Below are positions 1 through 8,895 of a stretch of 64,000 nucleotides of DNA, one piece after another. This DNA is from Tetramitus jugosus. Its lineage: Eukaryota > Protista > Heterolobosea. The first letter of the stretch is position 1; every line of letters starts with the position of its first letter. The notes under the pieces are model-generated. The model was given only the letters and a program-made list of their open reading frames with translations. It did not search any database and was not told the origin of the DNA. The stretch is from contig OW569360.1 of NCBI GenBank assembly GCA_937625935.1, positions 310,001-374,000 on the forward strand, written 5' to 3'. The position numbers and the translations under genes are program-made.

Positions 1-350
1 ACATGTTGACATACAATGATGACTCACTCGAGAGCTACATGACCTATAATCTAGGACGGAAAATCAATGAGGCGACATCGCTTTACAAACCACCAGTACC
101 AGAATTTCAGCTCTTCCGAATTCAACTGAAATCGAATAGCACAGAGTTTGTGGCCGAAACAGCCAGTATTCTCATTCTGATCGAAGGATCGGTTTCAATT
201 GACATTGAGCTCAACCAGACTTCCTCTTCGCTGACCTTAATGCGAGGCGACATTTATCTGATTGAAGCCAATGCAAAATTGTCCATTTCTTCTGCCCAGC
301 ACGCTCACTTGTTCATTGCATCAAGCAATCCAAATTACGATCAAAACTAA
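1..350 (+). CDS. MPI: Mannose-6-phosphate isomerase, C-terminal part (truncated by window edge)
   Basis: MLTY...YKPPVPEF...SILILIEG cupin tail typical of type I PMI C-termini. Confidence 0.75.
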   Translation, partial: MLTYNDDSLESYMTYNLGRKINEATSLYKPPVPEFQLFRIQLKSNSTEFVAETASILILIEGSVSIDIELNQTSSSLTLMRGDIYLIEANAKLSISSAQHAHLFIASSNPNYDQN

Positions 351-378
351 AAAATTAAACAAATATTTGTGTTGTGTA

Positions 379-2619
379 TTACAGCATATGTGTGTGATAC
401 TCTCTTCTCACTGTTTCTCTGACTTGGTTTTCCAAGTGTTCGAGCTTAAATTGCTCAAACACTTTTCCTTGGTTCGCTGATGGTGGTTGTTGAACTTGAT
501 GATGATAGATTAGTTCGGTATCAAACATCTTCTTACTGTACAGGATATGGGAGGCACTCTTTAGGTAGAGCTTTGTGATTTGTGACATGGACTTATCGGT
601 TGATATTTTGTCACCTCCGAGTGACATCATCTCGTGAGCAGACGCACACCTGTGAATAAAGTTTTCGGAAGTATTATTCGTGGTTAGCATTTGGTCATTA
701 TTGTTAAACATGAGAACACTGGATCGATTCCCTTCACTCATGTTTCTTCTTATGTTTTGTTGAGATACTGCCTTTGGTCTCTTCACTCTCATCCTGTCAG
801 AGACAAGATAAGGTTGATTGTCAGACTCTGTCCTGTTAAATGCATCTGCTGTGGGACTCCCGATATTTTGGCTCTGACTAACAGTTGGCACTTTGAAAGA
901 TTTTGGAATTTGGAGTCTGTCCAATTGTTTGTCAATTCTGTGCAGGGTTTGGCAGCACTGAGACCGAATATGTTTTATCAATGTTTTCTGAATACTCATG
1001 AGCCTGTCAACATCTCGAATCTCAAACACTGACACAAGAGATATAGATCCACATTTGTATGTGAACAAACCTACTACTTGAGTTTTATCCTCAACATTAT
1101 TCTTCTTTCTAGAATCTCTAGATGTTTGTGCATCCTCTTCCTCATGTGGCATCTGACTTTGATAGTAGGAGACAGATGACTCTGATCGTAACTTATCACT
1201 GTTTTCTCTCAGAGTCTGAAGCAATTCACTATTAGGATAAATTCTCGTGATGTCGAGACGTTCATTCACATCATACATGGAGTGCTGATTAAATGCAGTC
1301 TTATCCTCATCAATATCGGCATCACTGCATTCAGAAACATCGTCTGTAATATCAGTTGTTTTTGCATCCAACTCATTGTTCACATATGCCCAATCTGATC
1401 TCTTATTTGGTTCCAGGTTGTTTGTGTTTGTGCCTTTCACTCCACTCCTCGAAATAAACTCATTGATACACATCAGTCTGAACAAGACAGCATCTTTCAC
1501 GAACATCTCTGGAAGATGATTACACAAAATATTGTCTTCATACAACACACATGAACCCAAATAGTGGACATCCTTCATTGAATCCTCTCTTGGCGTTGAG
1601 CTTTTCTCTCCTTCTACAAAAAAGTCCAACAAATCGTCCAATAAATGAACGGTAGACAAAAAGGCTGCATTGTTTCTCGGTGGCAATTCCAAATAACCTA
1701 ATGGATGAAACATATCCACTGGTGACTCATGAAATCGATCAAACAGAGCCGTTAATTCCAATCCATAATCCTTCATTCTCTCTTGATGCATCAACTCAGT
1801 TGAAACATCAGCCGGTGATGTTTTTTCTTCCTTTTGTTGTGTCTCATTTTCTTCATGATTCGATTTCTTGTCAAAGTTTTCAGTTGAGCTCAACAAGCTC
1901 TGTCTTCGCTCTTCCTTGCTCTTTGGATAGGGCAAACCATGAAACATACTCATATTGTTTACCATTCTCTCTGCAAAAGCAATGAGACTGGATTGAGGCA
2001 CAGAGATGGGTGCTCCCACAACCAACAAATTTCGATTATTGTTAAATTTGCTCACTGCCAACTGAGAATTCAAAAATTGAATCACACTCACAAATTCGTC
2101 TGCCGGTTCAAAAAAGCTCAAGAATGTCCAATATGCCTGAATCATACCCACAATAAACAATTGATCATTTGGGTGACAAGAACAGTTATGAGTGTAGAAA
2201 TATCGAGTTTTTTCACTCATTCTGTCATCATCCGTATCCAACTCATCATTGGACGAAAGTTCAAAAATGAAAAAACTGCGCTCCATGATGGCAATACGGT
2301 CCTGCTTTTGTTTCTCACTCTTCAGTTCGAAATCAGTGACTTCTTTTGATTGAAAGGGAATCATGTTCTGACCTAGAATGTTACCTGAGAGAAGTTTGTG
2401 ATGTTTTGTGCCTTTGCTCGTTTTTAGAGAGCGACATTGATCGGACATTTGATAAAAGTATTGACTGACGAGTTGTGAGTTGTGCATGTTGGATGAGAAG
2501 ATGGTCTCTTGTGGTGGTTGATTGTTGAATTGTTGGTGGTGAAGTGAGGAAGCATTGTTGGTGTTGCTGTTATAGCTACCAGACTCTTGTTGCTGTTGTT
2601 GCAATGACCGTCCAAGCAT
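379..2619 (-). CDS. Longin-domain protein, HPS4/CCZ1-like (BLOC-3/Mon1-Ccz1 GEF family)
   Basis: FFIFE..EKTRYFY..QLFIVGMIQAYWTFLSFF resembles longin 1; LGSCVLYEDNILCNHL resembles longin 2; likely ATG at 2619. Confidence 0.5.
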   Translation of the reverse strand: MLGRSLQQQQQESGSYNSNTNNASSLHHQQFNNQPPQETIFSSNMHNSQLVSQYFYQMSDQCRSLKTSKGTKHHKLLSGNILGQNMIPFQSKEVTDFELKSEKQKQDRIAIMERSFFIFELSSNDELDTDDDRMSEKTRYFYTHNCSCHPNDQLFIVGMIQAYWTFLSFFEPADEFVSVIQFLNSQLAVSKFNNNRNLLVVGAPISVPQSSLIAFAERMVNNMSMFHGLPYPKSKEERRQSLLSSTENFDKKSNHEENETQQKEEKTSPADVSTELMHQERMKDYGLELTALFDRFHESPVDMFHPLGYLELPPRNNAAFLSTVHLLDDLLDFFVEGEKSSTPREDSMKDVHYLGSCVLYEDNILCNHLPEMFVKDAVLFRLMCINEFISRSGVKGTNTNNLEPNKRSDWAYVNNELDAKTTDITDDVSECSDADIDEDKTAFNQHSMYDVNERLDITRIYPNSELLQTLRENSDKLRSESSVSYYQSQMPHEEEDAQTSRDSRKKNNVEDKTQVVGLFTYKCGSISLVSVFEIRDVDRLMSIQKTLIKHIRSQCCQTLHRIDKQLDRLQIPKSFKVPTVSQSQNIGSPTADAFNRTESDNQPYLVSDRMRVKRPKAVSQQNIRRNMSEGNRSSVLMFNNNDQMLTTNNTSENFIHRCASAHEMMSLGGDKISTDKSMSQITKLYLKSASHILYSKKMFDTELIYHHQVQQPPSANQGKVFEQFKLEHLENQVRETVRREYHTHML

Positions 2620-2750
2620 TGTTTGCTTTTTTGCTTGTTTTTGTTTTTGTTGTTGTTGGCGGGAAAAATGGTGATGTTCATTCAATACAATAAATATTTT
2701 TTTTTAGTCGGGGGAAAGGAAACGGCATGTTTGTGGTTCTGCATCTCGAT

Positions 2751-3629
2751 TCAGAGCTTGCTGTTCATTTTCATGGCAATGAACATTTTGATGGCTTCGA
2801 TGGAAGTATCAGATGCCCATCCTCTCTTCAAGTACTCTGTTTCTTTGAGGCACACCTTGTCCATATTCTCCAATCCTCCATACAATTGGTCCATAATGAG
2901 CATCTTGGCCGTCATGAGTGCATCCGAGTCATATCCAGACAAAGTTTTGATAATCTTTTGTGTTCTTGCTTTGAACTCTTGATCTGGGAACACATCATTC
3001 ACAAAAGAAATTTGCTTTGCTTCACTGGAGCTAAACTTTTTGCCCAACAGTAAAAATTCACTCGCCTTCTGTCTTCCGAGCAACCTAGGAAAAGTGAGGG
3101 AGCTCTGACCTTCAGGCGCTAATCCCAATGCCATAAATGGTGTATGGAAGGTCGCCTTATCGCTACAATAAACAAAATCAAACAAGGGCAAAATAGTGCA
3201 AGCAATTCCGACGCTCGGTCCATTCACCAACGCAACACAAATCTTTGTGCATCGATAAATACTTTGAACAAAATACTTGTAGAATTCTCCACTACCATGC
3301 ACCCACTTGTCCATGGAGACTTGATCCTTTGCATCTGCAAACTGTACCAACTGGGCCAACGGCCTCAGGTCGTTGCCAGAAGAGAAAAATTCTCCGGCTC
3401 CCGTCAAAGTCACCACACTGACGCGATTGTCGGTGCTCGCACTTCTAAACGCGTGGATCAATGTGAGATACATGGTTTGGGTAATGCAATTCTTATTCTT
3501 CTCATTGTTGAGTGTGATGTTCATTACACCGCCGCTCCTCTGAATTATCAAATTCGGATCTTGTGTCGGCAAATTGTCGAGACTGGGAACTTCAGTGAGG
3601 GAAGAGGCGTTGTGATTCGCAGTTGCCAT
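2751..3629 (-). CDS. ECI2: Enoyl-CoA delta-isomerase (crotonase family, ECI2-like)
   Basis: FFSSGNDL, VALVNGPSVGI, TFHTPFMALGLAPEGQSS motifs. Confidence 0.85.
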   Translation of the reverse strand: MATANHNASSLTEVPSLDNLPTQDPNLIIQRSGGVMNITLNNEKNKNCITQTMYLTLIHAFRSASTDNRVSVVTLTGAGEFFSSGNDLRPLAQLVQFADAKDQVSMDKWVHGSGEFYKYFVQSIYRCTKICVALVNGPSVGIACTILPLFDFVYCSDKATFHTPFMALGLAPEGQSSLTFPRLLGRQKASEFLLLGKKFSSSEAKQISFVNDVFPDQEFKARTQKIIKTLSGYDSDALMTAKMLIMDQLYGGLENMDKVCLKETEYLKRGWASDTSIEAIKMFIAMKMNSKL

Positions 3630-4146
3630 CGCTTTGTGATGTAGATCTTATACTTAATAGTAAGTGGGGTTGGTCTCTTGAGTTATGTTACCTCGTTTTC
3701 GTTTCTGTTTTTACTTGTTCGGGGTCTGGTTGTAGTAACTCGGAGTTTACGAGAGGATTGAGAACTAAAAAAAGATGCGGATTAAAAAGGTGGTGGGTGT
3801 CCCTTCCCTGACAGATGACACCAGTGATAATCCCGCCTGCGTGAACCAGCCCCACACCTTCACATTGACAGCTCTTCTTTGCACTCTCGGAACACTTCTC
3901 CATCATCTAGTCTTTTTGGAAGTGGGAAGTTGGCGCCTCAATAACGACACTCTTAAACCCCAATAAACAACAACAAAAAACGGAATCACGACAACACTTT
4001 AACACCCACCAACCACACCAACAACAATAACAAACTCAGCAATGAAGTTACTACAAAAAAGTGTTGTTGGAGGAGTCCATTCCCACAATTATTATTCTTA
4101 CAACAACAGCAATACCAATAGCAACAATAACAACAATTTTAAAAAC

Positions 4147-7100
4147 ATGAAACATTTTTTCATTGCACTCTTGTTCACATTCATGTTCCTCTGTGCCACT
4201 ACTACGATCTCTGTTGTCCAAGCAACACTGCCTAGAGATTGTAGACAAATTCTCAAAAAGAACATGAACAGTACTTCTGGTAGTCACACCATTTACCCTG
4301 ATGGAACCACACCAGTCACTGTACAGTGTGATATGACTCTGTTGGGTGGAGGTTGGACCTTGTTTGACTATAGTCCAAAGTCGTATGATGCTATTGGTGA
4401 CATGACATCTCCCTATCTCGCTACACTGGCCAACTCCAATGCCCATATTGGTGCCAATCAAATTTACTTTGGTGGAAATTTGACTGTGGACAGTACGTTG
4501 GAGAATGTCAATGGTAATGAAATGTTCTTCTTGGGACCTGATTCCCAATTTTGTTCCTATCAGAGATTCAAGACTTCTTCTGGAATCTATTTGGCACCCA
4601 ATACCGTGTCAATCTTCTCCTACGAGTTGGGTTGTCTGATGACTTTTGATGACATGGCAATTACTCCGTCAAATTACTTGGTCGGTTTCACAGATTACGA
4701 GTCTGCAGCTGAAACTGACTATCAGAACAACAAGTACGATTATTCATTCTCTGTTTACATGAGAGAAAATTTTGACTGTTTCGGTCTCAGTGAGTATGAC
4801 ACTGAATTTGTCTGTGGTGGTCACGGTACCTGCAATGGAACAGACTCCTGTGTCTGTGACGCAAACTACTTTGGTCCAGAGTGTGAGTTGACTACTTGCT
4901 TTGGTGTCCAGAGTGACTCACCTCTTGTGTGCTCGGGTAACAACGGTACATGTATCTCATTCAACACTTGTAACTGTACTACAGGATATGAAGGTGAACA
5001 GTGTTCACTACCTGTCTGCTTTGGTCTCCCAAGCAACGACAGTCAAGTTTGTAGTGGAAATGGTGTTTGTTCATCTCCTGATGTTTGTTCGTGCCATGCT
5101 GGATTCACTGGTGAAGATTGTTTTGACAAGGGTAACTGTACTGCAGGTTATGGAGACGTCAATTGTACCACTCCTATCTGTTATGGTGTTCTGGGTAGCG
5201 ATCTAGGTGTGTGCAGTGGAAATGGTGCTTGTATGGCTCCTAATGATTGTGATTGTGATATTGGTTATGCTGGATCCGATTGTTCTAAGGTGACATGCTT
5301 TGACATTCCAGCTGATGATCCTCGTGCTTGTAACGCCAACGGTACATGTACCAACGTGGATACTTGCACATGTAATGCTGGATATCTTGGAGCCGAGTGT
5401 ACTTATCCCACCTGTTACTCTGTTGATTCCAGAAACGTGTCTGCTTGCTACGGAAATGGTAAGTGTATTGCTCCGGATGTCTGTCAGTGCTATGAAGGTT
5501 ATACTGGTGATATGTGTACCATGCCATATTGCTTTGGAATCTTTTATACTGATCCAGCTGCTTGTAGTGGAAATGGATCCTGTGTCAACAAGGATACTTG
5601 TAACTGTAAGCCTGGTCACATTGGTGTCGACTGTTCCATCAAAACTTGTTTTAAGACTCAAGCAAATGACAGCTCTGTCTGCTCTGGCAACGGTGCTTGT
5701 GTAGATGTTGATCGGTGTGAGTGCGAACATGGATATTTTGGTTCAAATTGCTCAACTTATTCATGCTTTGGCTATGACTCATCCGATCCTAGAGCATGTA
5801 ATGGTAATGGTTTCTGCCAAAGTCCAGATGTCTGTAACTGTCTTGGCGACTATGCCGATGATAGATGTCTGCTCAAAATGTGTTATGGCATCCTGTCCAA
5901 TGAATCGTCGGTGTGTAGCGGTAATGGAGATTGTGTAGACCTCAATAAGTGTACATGTGACGCACACTATCTCGGAAGCCAATGTCAACACACCACATGT
6001 TATGGCACTCTGTCCAATGTGACTGCAAGTGTATGTTCTGGTCATGGTACTTGTTCCGCTTACAACAATTGTACATGTAACAGTGGATATACAAAGAACA
6101 ATTGCTCCGTTCCAATTTGTTACTCTGTCAGTGGAGATTCTGCATCTGTCTGTTCCGGACATGGTACCTGCTCTAAACCAGACACTTGTGTCTGTGCTCA
6201 AGGCTATGTTGGAGATCAATGTCAAACTGTCACTTGTTCCTCCCTTTCGGCAACTGATCCCAAGGTCTGTAACGGTAGAGGAGTTTGTGGTTCATACAAC
6301 AAGTGTACTTGTACCTCTGGGTTCTCTGGCAATAATTGTGAAACTGTGGATACTTGCTCTGGTGACTATACACTTGCTCTCTCCGGTTCTAGCGCTCAAA
6401 CAGTGTCTCTCTCCGATTCATCCTGTGAGACTGTTCTGGCTTCGATTCCAACTGTCCAACTAGCAACTCCTCAACATTCTGTTTTCAATGGAAATGCCCT
6501 CTATCTTTTCAAGTCCAACTCGATTCATGTTGTGCCATTCACTAGCACATCTACACTGTCTTCGACAGATTTGTCGATCTCTATAACTACAAGCACCATT
6601 GTGGGTGTTCAAGCAACAAAGTCTGCTCTCTATGCATTTGTTACATCTAATGGTGTACCAGCAATCATTAGAGTTGATCTGGCCACCAAGGAAACTCGAT
6701 CACTCTCCCTTACTGGCTTTACCATGTCCACCACATTCAACAACGCTCGATTTATGACTGTGAATAGTGACAGCTTATTCTGTATTGCACAGAATGCTGG
6801 AGGCCACGCAGTGTTGAAGGTTGATCTCTCACTCATCACATTCACCTCCATTTTCACATTCAGTACACTGGATGTTGAGTCCCTACTGATTGTCAACGGA
6901 TCACCTGCCCTCATCAAGCAATCCATCCTTTCTTCAATTGTGTCTGGCAATTTGCAACAAATTACCAATCTGGCCACCACTGGTTCTGCATTCTTGAGTG
7001 CTCCAATTACTTCCAAGACTGAAGCATCCAACAAGATCTACTTGATTAGAGATTTATACAAGCGCATCACAGTGTTGAACAGCGATGGATCCATCTCCTC

Positions 7101-8682
7101 TGAAAGAAAACTACCTGTTGATGACAGTACTAACTATCGTATCCTTGGTGGATGGACGCCTACCATCTCTGCTCTCTCTTCGTCCCTTGCAGTGACGACC
7201 ACTAGCTCTGTGATTGGTCTTACCGGAACTAATCTTCTCTTTGGAACAAGATCCGCCTTAACTGTACAGGCAAGACAGAACACAGCAATCACATTTAGCT
7301 TACCACTCAAATCTTGCGCTGGATTGAACGTTCAAGCAGATGCTTGTGTAGAGACCGGTGTCCAAAACTGGGGTAATGTCTTGATTTCAAACACTACTTT
7401 GTCTGTGGTTCCAGTATCTGGTTACAAACCTGTACAGATGTCTGACGATTTGACTGTTATGTTCTACAATGCTTTTGTGAGTGAAATCTCCTTAACAACT
7501 GCTCCACAAACTATTACCGGTAACGTGAATATCCGTGTTGTTTATATTCCACTCACAGCTGCTACATGTAAATACACACTTGGAAGTACCGGCTCTACAG
7601 AAACCGTTGGTACTGTCGTGTCACACACCCAAGTCAGTTGTCCGTTGCCTAAGCTTGACTCCTTTAGTGGAACATTGAGAGTGACCATTTCGGCCGGAGG
7701 ATTGTCATACCAATCTAATGCCTTCATCACCATCACTACTGCTACACAAGTTGTGAATGAATTTAGTTCACCTGAGGCTATCACCCTACTTCTGGAAGCT
7801 CCAGCATCAAGTGGAGGAACAACATCGGAATCTCGTCCAAGTGTTCTCGAAATTGTATACGTGGAGAAGTATGCCAACAGAACTATGTTGAAGTACGGAT
7901 CAACACTCGATACTACAAAGAAGGAGAGAACAACCATGAAGTTCAAGGACAAGTATCAACTGTACGGAAATACCATTTCATTTAATTTCTTGATTCCTTC
8001 GGCAAGTACTGTTGCAGCCAACTTGATTGAACAATTGCTGCGTGATGGAGACGATTATCTCATGGCTGCCATCATACAAGACGCTTCAGGTTCTAAGAGT
8101 GTTGCTGTAACTTATCAGTTCGGTGCCAACACCGAAACTGCCTCCTCCGCTTGCCCTATGGAAATTGGTACTCTTTATTCCTTGCAAACGAAGGCTGTTA
8201 CTCCAGACTCTTCTCAAGGCAAATGGATCTTCAAGACTCAATTGCTGCTTGATTCTACTGTTGTGTGCGAGGCTACCATTACTTCTCCAGTGAAATTGTC
8301 TATCCTCAATCCATACATTGCCAATAGCTATGATTTGTTGATGGGTCAAAGTGTAGGCTTTGGTGCATCAGCAAGAAAGGTGTCTGCATCTCAAGAGCTT
8401 GATATTTTCCTCAGCAGTGCTTCAACTGGTTGTGAACAAGTATCTTGCGATGTATCAACTATGCCAAAGCCTCCTGTCTCTCCAGCTTCAAAGGGTTGGA
8501 TTGCTGCTGCAGTAATTGTGCCACTTGTGGCTGTAGGCGTCCTGATCGCTCTTGCTGTACTCGCTGTTATTGTGTTTATTCTCATCAGAAGAAAGCAAAA
8601 CACGAAGGCTGTCTCGAAGATGGTCACTCAAAATATCCACACGTTCCGAACTGAAGATTTCGAAGAGATGAGAGAAATCTAA
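4147..8682 (+). CDS. Type I membrane protein: signal peptide, fibrinogen-like N-terminal motif, about 13 tandem EGF-like repeats, C-terminal TM
   Basis: MKHFFIALL signal; PRDC..IYPDG..VQCDMTLLGGGWTL; repeated CSGNGxC..DxCxC..GYxGxxC; TM WIAAAVIVPLV..ILIRRK. Confidence 0.85.
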   Translation: MKHFFIALLFTFMFLCATTTISVVQATLPRDCRQILKKNMNSTSGSHTIYPDGTTPVTVQCDMTLLGGGWTLFDYSPKSYDAIGDMTSPYLATLANSNAHIGANQIYFGGNLTVDSTLENVNGNEMFFLGPDSQFCSYQRFKTSSGIYLAPNTVSIFSYELGCLMTFDDMAITPSNYLVGFTDYESAAETDYQNNKYDYSFSVYMRENFDCFGLSEYDTEFVCGGHGTCNGTDSCVCDANYFGPECELTTCFGVQSDSPLVCSGNNGTCISFNTCNCTTGYEGEQCSLPVCFGLPSNDSQVCSGNGVCSSPDVCSCHAGFTGEDCFDKGNCTAGYGDVNCTTPICYGVLGSDLGVCSGNGACMAPNDCDCDIGYAGSDCSKVTCFDIPADDPRACNANGTCTNVDTCTCNAGYLGAECTYPTCYSVDSRNVSACYGNGKCIAPDVCQCYEGYTGDMCTMPYCFGIFYTDPAACSGNGSCVNKDTCNCKPGHIGVDCSIKTCFKTQANDSSVCSGNGACVDVDRCECEHGYFGSNCSTYSCFGYDSSDPRACNGNGFCQSPDVCNCLGDYADDRCLLKMCYGILSNESSVCSGNGDCVDLNKCTCDAHYLGSQCQHTTCYGTLSNVTASVCSGHGTCSAYNNCTCNSGYTKNNCSVPICYSVSGDSASVCSGHGTCSKPDTCVCAQGYVGDQCQTVTCSSLSATDPKVCNGRGVCGSYNKCTCTSGFSGNNCETVDTCSGDYTLALSGSSAQTVSLSDSSCETVLASIPTVQLATPQHSVFNGNALYLFKSNSIHVVPFTSTSTLSSTDLSISITTSTIVGVQATKSALYAFVTSNGVPAIIRVDLATKETRSLSLTGFTMSTTFNNARFMTVNSDSLFCIAQNAGGHAVLKVDLSLITFTSIFTFSTLDVESLLIVNGSPALIKQSILSSIVSGNLQQITNLATTGSAFLSAPITSKTEASNKIYLIRDLYKRITVLNSDGSISSERKLPVDDSTNYRILGGWTPTISALSSSLAVTTTSSVIGLTGTNLLFGTRSALTVQARQNTAITFSLPLKSCAGLNVQADACVETGVQNWGNVLISNTTLSVVPVSGYKPVQMSDDLTVMFYNAFVSEISLTTAPQTITGNVNIRVVYIPLTAATCKYTLGSTGSTETVGTVVSHTQVSCPLPKLDSFSGTLRVTISAGGLSYQSNAFITITTATQVVNEFSSPEAITLLLEAPASSGGTTSESRPSVLEIVYVEKYANRTMLKYGSTLDTTKKERTTMKFKDKYQLYGNTISFNFLIPSASTVAANLIEQLLRDGDDYLMAAIIQDASGSKSVAVTYQFGANTETASSACPMEIGTLYSLQTKAVTPDSSQGKWIFKTQLLLDSTVVCEATITSPVKLSILNPYIANSYDLLMGQSVGFGASARKVSASQELDIFLSSASTGCEQVSCDVSTMPKPPVSPASKGWIAAAVIVPLVAVGVLIALAVLAVIVFILIRRKQNTKAVSKMVTQNIHTFRTEDFEEMREI

Positions 8683-8743
8683 TCTAACTTACACCGATTA
8701 AAAATTAATTTAACCTTTACCTGATGGATTTAACTCAAAAGAT

Positions 8744-8840
8744 CTCCCATACCGGGACTCGAACCCGGGTCTTCCGGGGACTTTTGCATTTCAGCTTGGA
8801 AGTGAAAGCCGGATATCCTAACCAGCTAGACTATATGGGA
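8744..8840 (-). tRNA. tRNA-Glu(TTC) with 24-nt canonical intron (8779-8802)
   Basis: Minus strand TCCCATATAGTCTAGCTGGTTAGGATATCCGGCTTTCA-[intron]-CCCGGAAGACCCGGGTTCGAGTCCCGGTATGGGAG; stems pair; TTTT terminator at 8737-8740. Confidence 0.95.
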
Positions 8841-8847
8841 ATATATC

Positions 8848-8877
8848 TATTTCTCAGCCTTAAGAATTAGGTGCCCA
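8848..8877 (-). promoter_or_regulatory. Upstream motif TGGGCACC-N15-AGAAATA of tRNA-Glu
   Basis: Same two boxes with the same 15-nt spacer occur upstream of tRNA-Ala (44662-44691). Confidence 0.5.
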
Positions 8878-8895
8878 AAACGTTTTTTGAGGTGA

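Noticed and set aside
4780-6350. ~117-nt periodic repeats as a CRISPR-like or non-coding array
   Set aside because: Explained by tandem EGF-like protein repeats
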